A stretch of DNA of 64,000 bases from Octopus bimaculoides (GCF_001194135.2 NC_068994.1:3032717-3096716); one strand, 5' to 3'. Numbered from the stretch's first letter, positions 11,290 to 25,841 are shown. A program made the numbers and translations. The notes: generated by a model from the letters alone, not told the origin.

Positions 11290-11758
11290 NNNNNNNNNNN
11301 NNNNNNNNNNNNNNNNNNNNNNNNNNNNNNNNNNNNNNNNNNNNNNNNNNNNNNNNNNNNNNNNNNNNNNNNNNNNNNNNNNNNNNNNNNNNNNNNNNNN
11401 NNNNNNNNNNNNNNNNNNNNNNNNNNNNNNNNNNNNNNNNNNNNNNNNNNNNNNNNNNNNNNNNNNNNNNNNNNNNNNACTGCTTGACAACCAGTGTTGG
11501 TTTGTTTACATCCCTATGATTTAGCAATTCAGCAAAAAAAAAAAGCAACAGAATAAGTACCAGATTTTATAAATAAAGAGTGGGATTGATTTCTTCAACT
11601 AAACCCTTCAAAGCACTGCTCTAGCATGGTCATAGTGTGATGACTGAAACAAATTAAAAAAAAAAAACAAGATAAAGATAATCCAATCAAATGAAATAAC
11701 ATTCAATAAAAAAATTATTGATCTGTCTTTGATCCATGTTTCTTCTCTGATTTTCCAG

Positions 11759-11841
11759 AAATCAATTCCACCACAACTGTTTCTCCAGCACCACAGAATC
11801 TTCAAGAACAAGAACAACAAGCATATCTGGAACCAGTCTAA
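11759..11841 (+). CDS. Candidate terminal coding exon of the protocadherin (phase 1)
   Basis: Strong acceptor tttcttctctgattttccag|. Spliced to the phase-1 donor at 10758 it reads EINSTTTVSPAPQNLQEQEQQAYLEPV* (TAA 11839-11841). The phase-0 frame is also open (ORF 11729..11983), so the frame is not certain. Confidence 0.45.
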
Positions 11842-12251
11842 CATGGGGCAATGTATGTCATATTGTATGGCATACAGTGTCCCCCAAGAAAACTTGCTGA
11901 ACATTGGTACAACCACATACAGACAGAAAGCATTCATACCCACCAACGCCATCCATACCACATCTCAATATCAGTATTCATAATAACTTTAGTTCATATA
12001 TCTGTTAGTAGTGGGGAGTGGGCCAGGCTGGGATAACCAATTACAACAAAAACAATAGCTACTAACATTAAGGACAAAATCCACACCAGATAAGGTAAAA
12101 CAAACCCTTATTGATATCAATATTAAGTATTTTGCCAGAATCTTACAATCATATGATCTGTTTCACTCACTGGAATTATCCAATCAAACCTGTCCTTATT
12201 TAGGATGAACATAAACAATTCTTGCATCTCACACACATATATTCAATGCAT

Positions 12252-12324
<73 letters not shown>

Positions 12325-15300
12325 CAGTTATGTATTGGCTGCTAAAACTTCAATACAACATTGGATAATCCACATTACACCTACATGAAACACCATCAGC
12401 CTGCTAGAAATTGTTGCCAAAAACTTCCCTCAAATCGCACTCTATTGTCTTCTTAAATAAGCTAAGGATGCATTGGCTAATGTAGTCCTGTTCATATCCC
12501 TAAAAAGATGTGGTGGTCATAACTGGAATGCCTTTGATTTACTCTCCTGATGAATCTCTTTAAAATTTTCAGATTATATATTTATTATTCTAGAGATTTT
12601 TACCTTTTCAGATCAATAAAATGAATACCAGTCAAGTACTGGTGTCAACATAATCAAGTCGTCCCCTCCCCCAAAATTTCAGGCCTTGTGCCTATAATTC
12701 TAGAGATTTATCGATTTTCTGTTGCCCTGAATTAGTTTGGTGTGAAAGAAGGTTACAACAGTGTTACATGTGGAATTCTTCCATCAATTTTGGTTGTTTG
12801 TAAATAGCCTTCTCTCTTTTTTATGAGGAAAATGTCTGATATTAGCCATAATTCCACTTTGACACTCTTCATTTTAGCAGCTTTCTATGAAATCAAACCC
12901 TTCTTGACACTGATACACACACATACACACACGCACAAACACACACACATATATAACCTTTTTTTTTTTTTTTTTTTTTTTAACTACATTATTTTTACTG
13001 TTGAATTTTTTTTCAATCAATCAATCATATTTGTGGGAATTGAAATCTATGTACTGATGTCACATGACTCTAACTGAATATTTTGTAATGTTCGATATTG
13101 ATAATATAACTAGAACATTCTAAATCACTTAAACTTTAGCTTACCAAGTGCTAAATACAAAACTCCTTGTTGAGCCACATAAATGATCACAGCAACACTA
13201 AAGATAAGAGAAATATTAAATTTCTTTAAAAATCACCAAAATTTGACATTATTAATAAAACAACATATTTTTATCCTTTTATTTAAATTATCATGTGTTG
13301 ATGTAACTATGAATTTTCTTTTATTAATTTTGGTTTAATTATCCAATTATCAAATGATTTATACTTTCAGGACCACTCACCCAAAACTATTAATCTTTCA
13401 CTATTTGTTGTGGGTCATTGTTTTCAATTTTTTTTTTTTTTTCAAAGTGCCAGTGGGTGGTGGGTACATGCATCTGTCCCTCTTCCATGTTGTATAGACA
13501 CCTGGGACAGCTACACCCCGGGTTACATTTGGTGTCTTCATGCAAAAAAAGTTTTAATATCAAAGAAGTATTTTTGCCATTGCTTCCCTGATTCCTCCCA
13601 ACATTCACACCATATTTAATCTGAAATAAGTAACACTGCGACCAATAAACCATCAACTGTCGTTCATTTGCTTTTTTCTTCCAAAACAGACTCCACCTGA
13701 AAGAAAATATATCGCTAAGAACAAAAGAACCAAAAAAGGCTACACGCTTTTCAAGTCATTCATGTAACTAAATGCCATTTGTACAGCAGTATAAATAATT
13801 AATGTGCTAATTATTATTACTATTATTATTATTATTATTATCATTATTATCATTATTATTATTATATGCAATCTCTGAAATATCCAAGATGAAACATTGC
13901 CCTTATAATAAGCTCCACTGTTGGTTTCCCTAATCTCAATCCTTGGCTTGCTTCTAACATGGATTCCACACTAGTTCATAATTCTTCACTACCCCTTTCA
14001 ACTGTGATATCAAGACAAGCGTTTTAATTATTATCACTTTTTTTTTTTTTCAGTTTATATGTATGTATGTGCATCTGTGAGAAAGAGAGTGAATGGCAGT
14101 ATGTATGTGTGTGTGTGTGAGAGAGGAAGAAGTAGTGTGTGTGTGTGTGTGTATGTTTTTATATGTGTGTCTTTGATTAAACAAAAAGTAAAAAGCAAAA
14201 CAAACAAAAAATTGAGCACAACTTTTATTTTGTCTTCTCTGCACTTCTGGCTTTTCTTCTCTTTGGTTCAGTTCCACAGCTTCTGATTATTGTACAGACA
14301 CAGACAAACATCAAGGCTGACATACAGAACGTAAACACTTAGGTACATTTAACCATACACACTGTATTTCTGTGTGTATATATAATATATATGCTTATAG
14401 TTGTTTTATACATTATTATTGTGTAACCATGTCTTTGCATGTCTCTATAGATGTACATATAATGTGAGTGTATATATATATTTTTTTGCAAATATGTTTT
14501 CTCATGTATGTCTTTGTCTATCTATCTTTATATATGTATGTGTATGTATTTAATAACTGTATATGGAGTTCTATGTATTTATGTGTTTGAATGTGTATAT
14601 GTGTGCATTTATAAACTTGAGTATGTTTAAATACACACATCAACAACTACACAGATACAACATACAATCTAATGCGTGTATATGCATGTACTTATCAACT
14701 GAAATATCTTCAAATAAACACTCTACAACCATATGTATACACCCGCTTAATCTATAAACACTTGTGTATTCATACTTTTCGTTCTTCCCAATAACAATGT
14801 AATCCATGTTGTATCAATGATTTTGTCCGATTGAATCCCGATGTCACTGACATCAACCAATCTGATCAACTTTTGGTCTTTCAGTGTTGCAGTCTTATCA
14901 GTTGCCAACTAATAAAATGATTGCTTTAATTAAATACACCTATCTTTTATACTATTCTCGCCTCATATACCCCCACCCCGACCCCAACCTACCTACCTAC
15001 CCTGCAGGAGGACAGTGTTGCCATAACCTTCGACAAAGAATCATTGTAAATAAAAATTCTTTTTGATCCTATAATATTGTCTCAAATTCAGGTTATTTTC
15101 TCCTGGTCTCTTAGTATTCCTTGCTTAATAATACCATTTATATATACACATATATATGTGTATGTGTATATATATATGTATATGTGTATATATATGTATA
15201 TGTGTATATATGTATGTATATGTGTATATATGTATGTATATGTGTATATATATGTATATGTGTATATATGTATGTATACATACATATATGTATAATACAG

Positions 15301-18300
15301 TATCTGTGTATATATGTGTGTGTGTGTGTGTGTACATATATATATATACACAAACACACATTTATATAGTGTCATTTAAAATTTAAATTGTACAACTTGT
15401 TTATATATATATATATATGTATGTACGTAGTGTATATACATTGTCAACTATATCAAGGCCTTAGAAATGCTACAAACTTCTACAGTAAAATATAATCAAT
15501 TGTTCTGACCCTTTCCAAAGGCCAGTGGCAAAACCATTGTCACAGATGGTCACAATCAAAATCTATACTAGTTGTTTGTGTCAGTTTGATTCAAAAGCTA
15601 CATCACAACCCCAAAATGTCAAATCTGTACAGAATGGATATGACACTTCTGTTGGTTGAGAAAATCTCTATGGCAGCACTTTGTAATAACTCCATCTTGT
15701 TCGTTTGGGTTTCATTGTCTATTTTAGATCCTTGACTAGAATATGACAAAACAGTTCTAATTACCAGGACTATTTAATTAAACTGAGCCTTCAGCTTTTT
15801 CTTTTCTTTTCCATTTTAACTTAAATTGCTTTTAATCTTGGTGAAGTTCACAACAGTAACAGGCATGCCATGTTGGGGTCATATATAGGGACCAGTTGAG
15901 ATAAAGTCACTATGTGAAGGAGATCCAACAAAAACCCAGTACATGAGACATTCATGCTGCTGTCTCTTGTTGAATTGAGTTTTATCTTACAAAACTATTT
16001 TTCAAGGCCTCTGAGATGAACTAATGAGATAATTTCAAAATAATCTGTCTGGAGCCAACAACAGTTGGGGCAGTAACCAGCTCACTCTCTGTTATCAGAG
16101 TACCCCATAATTTATCTTCAGGGTACCCCATAATTTATCTATATAGTTATGTTTCTATTGCTGAAACTAACAATGTTTCATTAAAATTAAAAGAGAACAA
16201 ACTATTGTGCCTCATTCAGTAAATCTGATGAAGTTTTTCTCTTAGTTATTTAAGCTAAATAGATATATTTGAAGATCTCAGTATACATAACTAGTAATTG
16301 TTTTTTGTTTTTTTTTAACTGAAGTCTAAGATGAAACAGACATTTGTCTCAAGTTTAAAGCTTTCGTTGCTGCCATATTTGGTCCATACTCTGTGTATCC
16401 AGAAATCAAGTAAAGAAAGGCAACCTCATACTTGCAAGAACCAAAGGTTGAATAGGGAAATATTCCTCATCAAATTCATAAAGTACTTTACCTTTGTCAT
16501 ATTCTCTTGCCTTCTTCATCTTTTTCTACATTCAAAAACTTAATCTTGTGATGTACCCCAGCCTTTCTATCTACACCAGCCTTCTCTGCTTGATCATATA
16601 TAAGTTAGACTGATAAATTCTTCAAGACTGCAATGGTTTTGTTTTTAGATTGCTTCCAGTTAGCATCCCAAGTTAGTTTGTCTATATTAGTACGGGCTGG
16701 ATTATGTGTTACAAATGATAGAATGTGCCCCATTTATATTTGCAAAAACTTTGTACCTCTACAGGCATAATAAATCTGCTGAAGAGGTCATCCACATATG
16801 AGAGGCTGGTTTTTGTTGCTTCAGAACTCTAGATTGTTGTATATACATAAATATATTTATTTATTTATTAGTGTGAGATGGAAAGACAGAGCCTATGGGT
16901 CTCAGACCCTTCTAGACTGCAGGATTCCATAATCAAACGTCTGATTCAGATGCTTACAAAAGACAAGATCCTGAAATCTTGGGTCAGGCGGTGCTTTCTC
17001 ACCACATGATCTTTCTAGCCCAAGATTTCACCTTTATGCCAGATTATATATATTTATATATATATATATATATATATGTGCCACCTCGGTTTATGTCTGT
17101 GACTCACTATGGATTATATAGACTGAAAATATTAGTCAATTTGTCTCCTCCTTCTTTACATGTTAGAACATTGTGTAGAAATATTTGTATTGTTGTTGGT
17201 TCCATAAAAACCAGTGCAAACAAGGAATTGTTGAATTTTATGTGTGTAAACCTGTTTCTACTGTAATATTGTTGATGGAACATCATTGTACTTACTGGAT
17301 TATCTTTACATTTATTGAATTCTGCTTGATTAAAAATTATTGAAAAACCAACATTCTGTTACGTTATTCTTTATTTTCTTTTTCTTTTTTATTCTGGTTC
17401 CAATTCATTGATTGGAACCAGAATAAAAACCAGATTCTGTTTATTGAGTTTTTCAGTTGCCCTTTTTTTATAAACAGATACAACTTGACACAAAATTTTA
17501 CACCAGTATACACAAATACAGACACAGACACACAGATGTATACATCCACACACACACAGAGTATATATGTGTGTGTGTGTGTGTGTATAAAGTTTAAAAA
17601 ATGTTTAGTAAATGCACAAACAAAAACCAGACGCAGAATGGCAAGTTGAAAAACATAGTAAATGCAGAGATGAGCGGAAATCAGAGACAGAAGGCCCCTA
17701 ACTCCCCATCAGTTATTGGTCAGAGGGTCAAATGCATTTTCATGCCTTTAACGATAATATTACTTCCTTTTTTGGTGGCAACCAATGAGAGTTGCTGGGA
17801 AATGGAACCAAAACATAACAGAACGAGAACAGACAAACAATAACTGGATTAACAAGCAATACAGATGTGGACATATGAAAATGAATAAAAGTAATTTAAG
17901 ACAAGACTGTTAGTAGATGGACAAGGGTCAAAAATGAAATAAATGAACAAACACCTCAACAACACGTACGATTTTCATTATATTTATTAATCCTTTCTAC
18001 TAAAGGCACAAGGCCTGAAATTTGGGTGGGGACAAGTCAATCACCTTAACCCCAGTGATTCACTGGTACTTATTTTATTGACCCCAAAAGGATGAAAAGC
18101 AAAGTCAATCTCAGCAGAACTTGAACTCAGAATGTAGTGATGGGCGATATACTGCTAAGCATTACATCCAGCATGCTAACAATTCTGCCAGCTCACTTTC
18201 TTATATTTATTAATGAGCTGCAAAGTAAAGCTAACTTTTGTATGTATGTATGTATATATCTATGTATGTATGTATGTAGGCAGGCAGGCAGACAGGCATG

Positions 18301-18340
18301 TATGTATGCAAGCAGGCATGTATTACGGATTCTCTAACAT

Positions 18341-18903
18341 AGGTATAATGAAATCCTGAATGGAAACATTATTCAAGTTTCTTACACTAGTTGCAAAAAT
18401 TTAGCAAGTTCTGCTAACTCCATTAATGCAAAAGATCTTTCAGACAATGGTAACACCTTCACCAAGTGTACTTCTAATAAGATGTACTGTTGTAAGAGAC
18501 TCCTTAATGAAAATTGTCTTAAATATTCTTTATTTGAAGTAAAAGGTAGAATTATATAATGCTCCCAACCAAAATCCTGCAGAGTAACAACAGGAAATAA
18601 ATTTTATGATGACATAATACTCACACAGACATTTCCTACTCAAGCCAAACAGAAAATTTTCAACAGGTCATTCAAGATAGATTTGGAGATTAAAGAAACT
18701 TATGGTCGTACCTTTAATATAACTTGGACTAGTCTTGGTGTTACACCTGCTAACAAACATGCTCACAACAGGTATACCAAGGTGTCATCTTTGTTTAACT
18801 GACAAGGTTTTAATATTATCACAGATTGAGAACTGTTGGAATTCAGGAAATTAAATTCTTTGTGATTGTCTGTATAAAGCCAAATATTTACTATGTAATT
18901 TTT
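18341..18903 (+). mobile_element. Degenerate Penelope-like element, GIY-YIG endonuclease and C-terminal region
   Basis: Fragments read RYNEILNGNIIQVSYTSCKN...MYCCKRLLNENCLKYSLFE, STGHSR*IWRLKK, FNITWTSL and CHLCLTDKVLIL...CDCLYKAKYLLCNF. They follow, in order, the Penelope pattern KIFNRNTVKVSYSC..CNC..CPLNGxCL..STxLSKYIWxLK..YxIxWxIL..CxLCLxEKxxI..CRHxxKFLLxN. Stops and frameshifts are present. Confidence 0.75.
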
Positions 18904-20790
18904 TTTTTTAAATAAAGCAATTAAAAAATGCATCTGCCATAGAAAATTTTCAATGAAGTTTCTAGCACTGTCATATTTTTTTGTTTCCATTTCCATTTTT
19001 GCTTTTTTGCATTCTTTGTCTATTCTTCAACCATCACCATTTTTTTTTTTCTTTGTTACATTCCAGGCTGTTACATGAATGGAAAATGTTTTCTGACAGC
19101 TTTTTAAAATTTAACATAATTTTCTTCTCACTCCCTCTTCTGACAGTCACTTTTTCACTTCCTCCTCTCAATATCTTCTTTTTTATTTATTTTCTGTTAT
19201 TTTGTAGTATTTGAATGTGAATGACACTTTATGAATGGCCTAAAATACCTGTAATTGATAGGATTGAATCATATTCTTATTAATTTCATTTTTTAGTTCA
19301 TTGATTTTATCTTTCTATTGGCAACCAATCATATCGTTCTATATTGATTTATCTTTCTACAAGCAACCAATCATTTGCTTTCTTTTTTGTTTTTGTTTTC
19401 ATAATCTGAGCTTTCTTCTCACTGGTTTCCTCTTTCATCACTCAAATTTCGTCTGCAGACCAGAAATGGGAAAGTTAAAGTCATGCAAATTAAAGTATCA
19501 GGTTTAATATATATATATTTCTTAACACTCTACTTTCTCCTTTTAGCATTCTATTGTACCTTCATGTTTTACACCAAAGCCTTTATTTTCCAGTCCCCCC
19601 AACATATACATATAAATAGATACAGCTATGTATGGGTAGATGGATGGATGTGCACATGTGTGTGTGTATATATATATATATCATCAGCATCATCATCATC
19701 ATCATCATTTAACATTCATTGTCCATACTGGCATGGGTTGGATGGTTTGACCATGGCTGGTAAGCTGGAAGGTTGCACCAGACACCAGTCTGATTTGGCG
19801 TGGTTTTCTACAGCTGGATGCCCTTCCTAATACCAACCACTCTGAGGATGTAATTGGTGTTTTTACGTGCCAACTGCATGGGTGCCACTAGCCACATATA
19901 TATACAGATGTGTGTGTGCACTTTGTTTTTACTGATTGAACTCAAAGCAGATACAGGTGTAAATATGATCATCAAAACATTGGGTTAAAAAGCCCTTTTG
20001 GAAAGAAAAAGGTGAAAAGTTGCCACTGGGACTTGAATCTGTATCTTTTGTAAATATGACAGATGTTCTACCATTGGATCAAAGCAATCCTTCAAATTCT
20101 TCTTCCCATTTTAGAAACTGTGTGTTCTTACCAGTAAGAATTTTATGTCATAAGTTTACATTCTTACGATGTAAGCAACATTCAATTCTTGTTGGTCAAA
20201 AGAATTTTATGGTAAGCTCCAGGTCTTAGAATGGTTAGATAGATAGAAGAGAGAGGATTCCAGTGAATAAGCACTGGGTGTGATTAGATTGGCTGATAAT
20301 GCATCCCCACCATCATCATCATCATCATCATCATCATCACTATCACTACTGCCACACATCATCACCTCTACAACCACTAACAACATCACCACCACAACAA
20401 CCAACGCCACCACCATCATCATCATAGCTATGGAGTACAGCTGTTAATGTTACAACTGATCCCATTAGCTAAACATGAAGGAAGGAGCCTGTTTTAAAAC
20501 AAACAGTCACTTGATCCCATTCAATTCTGCTGCAGACCCTATCAATTTCAAACGTTTTCATTTAATCCCCACCCTCTCTATCTCTCCTTTCTCCCTTTTA
20601 GTGGTTTTCTGTTTTTTTTTCCTCAATAAATTCTCTCTTCTGGATGTTTCTATTTTTGAACACCGAGTCACAGTTATTTCTCACACAACCTCTGAATCGC
20701 ACAGAAATCAATGAGGAAAGCGGGATTTATATACACATATACATACAAACATACTTATGTGTGTGTGTGAGTATGTGTATTCATAGGTAC

Positions 20791-20826
<36 letters not shown>

Positions 20827-21442
20827 GTATTATGTATGTATGGGTGTATGTGTGTATGTGTGCATATATGTATATGTTTATAGATACAAATATCTAAATG
20901 TATGTATATACATCCATACATAAGTATATATTTATTATATGTATATACACACACACAGAAGGATGCATATATACACAATGAATATACATCTCACACACAC
21001 ACACACACACACACACACAGCTGTACACATAGTTTCAACTTACAACTTAATCTGAGACCAATGTTGTTTTCTATTACAACTGAGTCTGAATCATCGTCAA
21101 TACCATCACCATAATCAGCATCAGCATCACCATCATCTGTACCACTACCACCACCACCGCCACCACTACCACAACCGCCACCACCACCATCACCAGCAGC
21201 AGCAGCAGCACTGTCACTGCCACCTTACCAACACCACAAACAAAAACACTACAGCAATACACACACACACACACACACATTCTTGTTCTTGTGTTGGCAC
21301 CAACAAAACCGAAAACAAGAAAATCTTTACATCCTGATGTACAACCCAGGAAGTATATGGCAAATAAATAAATAAAATAAAATAAAATGAAATAAAATAA
21401 AATAAAATTAAATTAAATTAAATTAAATAAAANNNNNNNNNN

Positions 21443-21534
21443 CTCTTTGTTGTGCGACTAAGTTGAAGAGTCCCTTATCACTGTGGCCATCAGGGAAGCT
21501 GTGAACCAGTGATTGACTTGTAACCATGACAACA
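21443..21534 (-). other. Orphan candidate exon on the minus strand
   Basis: Acceptor cccttctgtgtttattttatag|; the phase-2 frame is open to the 10-N gap (VVMVTSQSLVHSFPDGHSDKGLFNLVAQQR). A donor would lie in the gap. Confidence 0.3.
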
Positions 21535-22744
21535 CTATAAAATAAACACAGAAGGGACTTGGCCATTTCTGCCCCTTTTCTGCTTTAATTATAATTGATT
21601 TTAATTGAAGTGCAGGGCCAGTAATTTTGATGGGTGGGAGTGGGGAGGGGGTAATCAATTTCATCAACACCCCCCCCCCCAGTACTTGACTGCTACTTTA
21701 TTTTATCAAACCTTTGAAGGGGTGAAAAGCAAAGTTGACCTTGGTGGGATTTGAACTCAGAACATAAAAGCCTGAACAAAAGCCACAAGGCTCGAATGGT
21801 TCTGCTGGCCCATTGCCCTCCATGTCTTAACAATGATATTAATTTCTTAATTAGACAACAAATATTTTTCAAGAATGGAAACCATATTTATGTGGCATTT
21901 ATTCTTTAATACCATAAGTAATGAGTTTTAACTTGTTTATTTTATTTTATGGAATGTAATTTGATTTAATTTAAACTCAGCCATCAGTTGAAGAAATATA
22001 TTGTACAATGTTGACAAACAATAATCCCACAAACTGGTCATGTTCCTTTAAGCTATATTTTATTACAGAAGGCTCAGGATTTCGTGATTAGAGTAATCGG
22101 CTCACAATCGTAAGGTCATGAGTTCAATTCCTGATGGCGTGTTGTGTCCTTGGGCAAGACACTTTATTTTTCATTGCTCCAGTCCACTCAGCTGGCAAAA
22201 ATGAGTTGTACCTGTAATTCAAATGTTACCAAGGATGGTGCTACAATTCATTATTAAATATCTACCTGCCATAAACAAGGCCTTTCAATTCTTGGAAATT
22301 ACAAGACACTTCAAGAACAGAAACATTTTCCTTCTTTTTCTTCCTATTTCTTGCAGATGTTTAAACAATGCGATTCGTCATTAAATTTGATTGAGATAAT
22401 AAAGGCTTTAAAATATATAAGCATTTGCCATGTATGTGACTGATGGTGGCGTTGGGAGAATTCTACCAAGTTGATGAAAGTTTTCTTGGCAAGGGACCAT
22501 AAAGCTCTCCCATAAATCTGGACTACTTTCAGACCCAAAATGCCCCAAAATGTCTGGTGCCAAATTATTTAACACTTTGGCCATAAATGGACATTACACA
22601 CTGTAACAATACATTTTGTGTGGTAGTCTAGTGTAAGGATTCCTTGATTTCTGTTATAGGCACAGGGTCACATACTTTAGGGAGAGATAGGGTGTCAGCT
22701 ATATTGACCCCAATACTTGACTGGTATTTGTTTTATTGACTTTC

Positions 22745-23087
22745 AAGCATTGGGCCCCAAGGGGGCAAAATGACCAAGTTCCTCTCGAGTGTTGGGCCTT
22801 ACGGAGGCAATGACCAAGACCTTGGCATTATGTCGTGCTTGAGAAGAAGACCCATCAAGCCAAGCAAAATCACAGTCATGACAGATACCGGTGCCACACA
22901 GATGGCACATAAAAACACCCATTACACTCTTGGAGCGGTTGGCGTTAGGAAGGGCATCCAGCCATAGAAAACCATGCCAGATCAGACTGGAGCCTGGTAC
23001 AGCCTTCCAGCATGCCAGCCCAGTCAAACCGTCCAACCCATGCCAGCATGGACAACAAATCGTTAAATGATGATGATGATGATGATA
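22745..23087 (+). mobile_element. RTE-derived 3'-UTR repeat with (ATG)n tail; other copies ~665-850(-), 7185-7345(-), 19685-19890(-), 42415-42620(-), 47300-47645(+), 49665-49740(-), 56900-57008(+), 63270-63430(-)
   Basis: All copies share the motif gctggatgcccttcctaacgccaaccac / ccaacccatgccagcatgg plus a CAT/ATG tail, identical to the UTR of the RTE at 48233-48870. Confidence 0.8.
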
Positions 23088-24829
23088 ACTCCAGAAAGAA
23101 GAAATGAAAGTCAATCTTGGTGAGATTTGAACTCACAACCTACAGAGATGTAATTTTTGTAAAAATATTTCAGTCAGACACTCCACCAGTTTTGCTAATC
23201 CATTACTCAAGCAATTCTACCTCCATCCAAATGAACCAATAATAGGGCCTCTATGTGGTTACCCACCAAGCTAGAAATAGCAACCAAATCTTCCTCAAAT
23301 TATACCCCCATTGTCTTAAGAAATGAGAAATTAGATACTGTGGCCCTGGATTCTCTGCACATAGGTCATGGCTGGATATATTTGCTCATAGATTTGTTTG
23401 GCCAAGAGCTAAACAACAACGACAACAACACCAAAATTCCTTCAGTTCCTACAGAGGTGATTATCATGGTGGGGGTGGAGCCGGCGGCAACGTTATGGTG
23501 ATCTGTCTGTTTAGTTGTCTGACTAAATATATTCCCTTCTACCCTTGCATGTTTATTTGCCTATGGGGAGGGTGTCTGTCTGTCTGGTTGGCTCTGTGTC
23601 CCCCACCTGTTTCCCTACGTCCCACCACCCTCACCTTCAGCTTCCAACAAACACTTTGTAGAGATGAAACTAAATAATTGTTGTTGGTTTGAGTTGGAGG
23701 GGGAATGTGGGGGGAAGGAGAATGGGGGTGGGCAGGACTAAACTGGAAAGAAAGAGAGAGAGAAATATACTGAGTGGGAGGGGGAAAGTGAAAGAGATAT
23801 AGTGAGACAGAAAGAGATATAGTGAGAGTGAGACAGTGGGAGAAGTAGATGTTATTGAGTGAGAAAAGAGAGGGAGAGAAATGCATGGAGAGAGAGAGAG
23901 AGAGAGAGTAATGAAGGAGAGAAGGAGAGCAAAAAGCCATGGAGTGTGAGGTGGTGTGGGGGGATGATGGGAATATGAGAAAGAATGGAGAGTGAGAGAG
24001 AGGGGAAAGAAAGGGAGAGGGAGAGAGATAAAGAAAGAGAAAGAGAAGGGAGCAAAGAAAATTGAGGAGAAGAGGAAGCAAAGGGAAGAGAGAGAGGGGG
24101 AGATGTGGGGAGAGGAACAAAGAGAGTGAGAAGTGGTGAGGATAGAGAAAGCGAAGGTGTGAGATGATAGAGAAGGGGAGAGGAGAAAGAGATGGGGGTA
24201 AAGGGAAGAGGGAGGAGGCGAGAGGGAGGGGAAGAGAGAAAGAGGGGGGAGAAGTGATCAAGTAAATAAAAAAAATGGTGGAATCGCATTGATTAGTGAA
24301 ATATTCTTGTTATATATTTATTGAATGGTTTCTATGGAATGTTCTGGATGTGTGAAGTATATAACACCTACATCAAACATCATCACCGTCTTTTTGTTCC
24401 CTTTCTCCTCATCCTTCTTCTTCTTCTTCTTCTTCTTCTTCTTCTTCTTCTTCTTCTTCTTCTTCTTCTTCTCCTTCTTCTTCTCTTTCTTCTCCTTCTT
24501 TTCCTTCTCCTTCTTCTCCTCCTCCTCCTCCTCCACCACCACCACCACCTCTCTCTTTCTCCAATCATTCCCCCCTCTCCATTTCCTCTAACTATCCCTC
24601 TCCTTTCCAACCACCACCACTATGCCTATACCATTCTGCTGTAGGTCACCNNNNNNNNNNNNNNNNNNNNNNNNNNNNNNNNNNNNNNNNNNNNNNNNNN
24701 NNNNNNNNNNNNNNNNNNNNNNNNNNNNNNNNNNNNNNNNNNNNNNNNNNNNNNNNNNNNNNNNNNNNNNNNNNNNNNNNNNNNNNNNNNNNNNNNNNNN
24801 NNNNNNNNNNNNNNNNNNNNNNNNNNNNN

Positions 24830-24871
<42 letters not shown>

Positions 24872-25514
24872 ATGCTGCTTTTTATGTGCCACCAGCATGG
24901 GAGCCAAAGGGTTAAGCACTTTACGGATACAAAACAATTGGTTACTCTATGACCAGATATATTGCCACCACCTTAGTGTACAAGGGCTGATGAGCGAATG
25001 AGAAACCTTCTACTGAGTCACTTGACTTGCTGGTATTAGCTGCCAAATCTCCTTCAGGTTACACCCCTACAATCTTAAAAAGGATGAACATATTGGACAG
25101 TGTTGTCCAGAGAAAAGATGAGATGGGCCCAACTGGAATGTCTTTGCTCATGAGTTTCTTTGTTAAGAGTTGGCCAGGAGCTAGACAATAACTGGTGTAC
25201 AAGGACAGAGTGGACATTGGAGAGAAAGTAGCAAAACTGAGATAAATATCTCAGTGGAGTCCTTAGAACAGAGTTCTGAATATTATTTACATTATTTACA
25301 TTATTTACGAACATTTTGTATAATGCTATCTGTACATGGCTCTAAAAAGACAGATTGGTCATGGCTGGAGCGCCCTTGGTCATACATCTGTTAGACCAAT
25401 GTCAGAACGTCTTTGATCATAGATCTGCTGGATCAAGACTGGCCAGGGGCTAAACAACCACCATCACAACAAGAATATTTAATTAACAAATTTATTAATT
25501 ATTGAGGAGCTGCA

Positions 25515-25693
25515 ACCTGGTCACAGAATCTGTTAAAAATAGCAGCCAAACCTCCCTTAAATCATATTGAGGAAAGGAAGAACCACACTGGATAATGTAG
25601 TCTTACATACCACTGGATGGTCATGGCTGGAATGCCATTGATTATAAGTTTTTCTCAAGCAAGACCGACCTGGGGTTACACAACAACAACAAC
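25515..25693 (+). mobile_element. Short interspersed repeat family D with (AAC)n tail; other copies ~5465-5640(+), 5880-6020(-), 12395-12540, 23265-23430, 25015-25150, 25365-25465, 26935-27060, 38465-38540, 39045-39200, 39765-39840(-), 42022-42060
   Basis: The recurrent motif gctagaaatagcagccaaatct..ggataatgtagtcct..ggatggtcatggctggaatgcctttgatc..gacctggggctaaacaacaac is seen in all copies. Confidence 0.75.
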
Positions 25694-25841
25694 AATGCCA
25701 ATAAAAATATTCTTGTTTAAAAGCAATTTAAGGAATTCAATTTGGTTTTTAATTAATTTGTTTATTTTTCACAAACTATTTTTTTTTACATGGATTTGTT
25801 TGGATGGGTGGGTGGAGGGTGCAGGGGAGAATGTCTCATAC

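Noticed and set aside
23539-24610. 240-aa S/P/L-rich and K/R/E-rich ORFs
   Set aside because: Purine/pyrimidine-skewed low-complexity DNA and (CTT)n tracts.
24985-25010. CTGATGAG..GAAAC as a hammerhead core
   Set aside because: No stem II complementarity; it sits at the start of a family D repeat.
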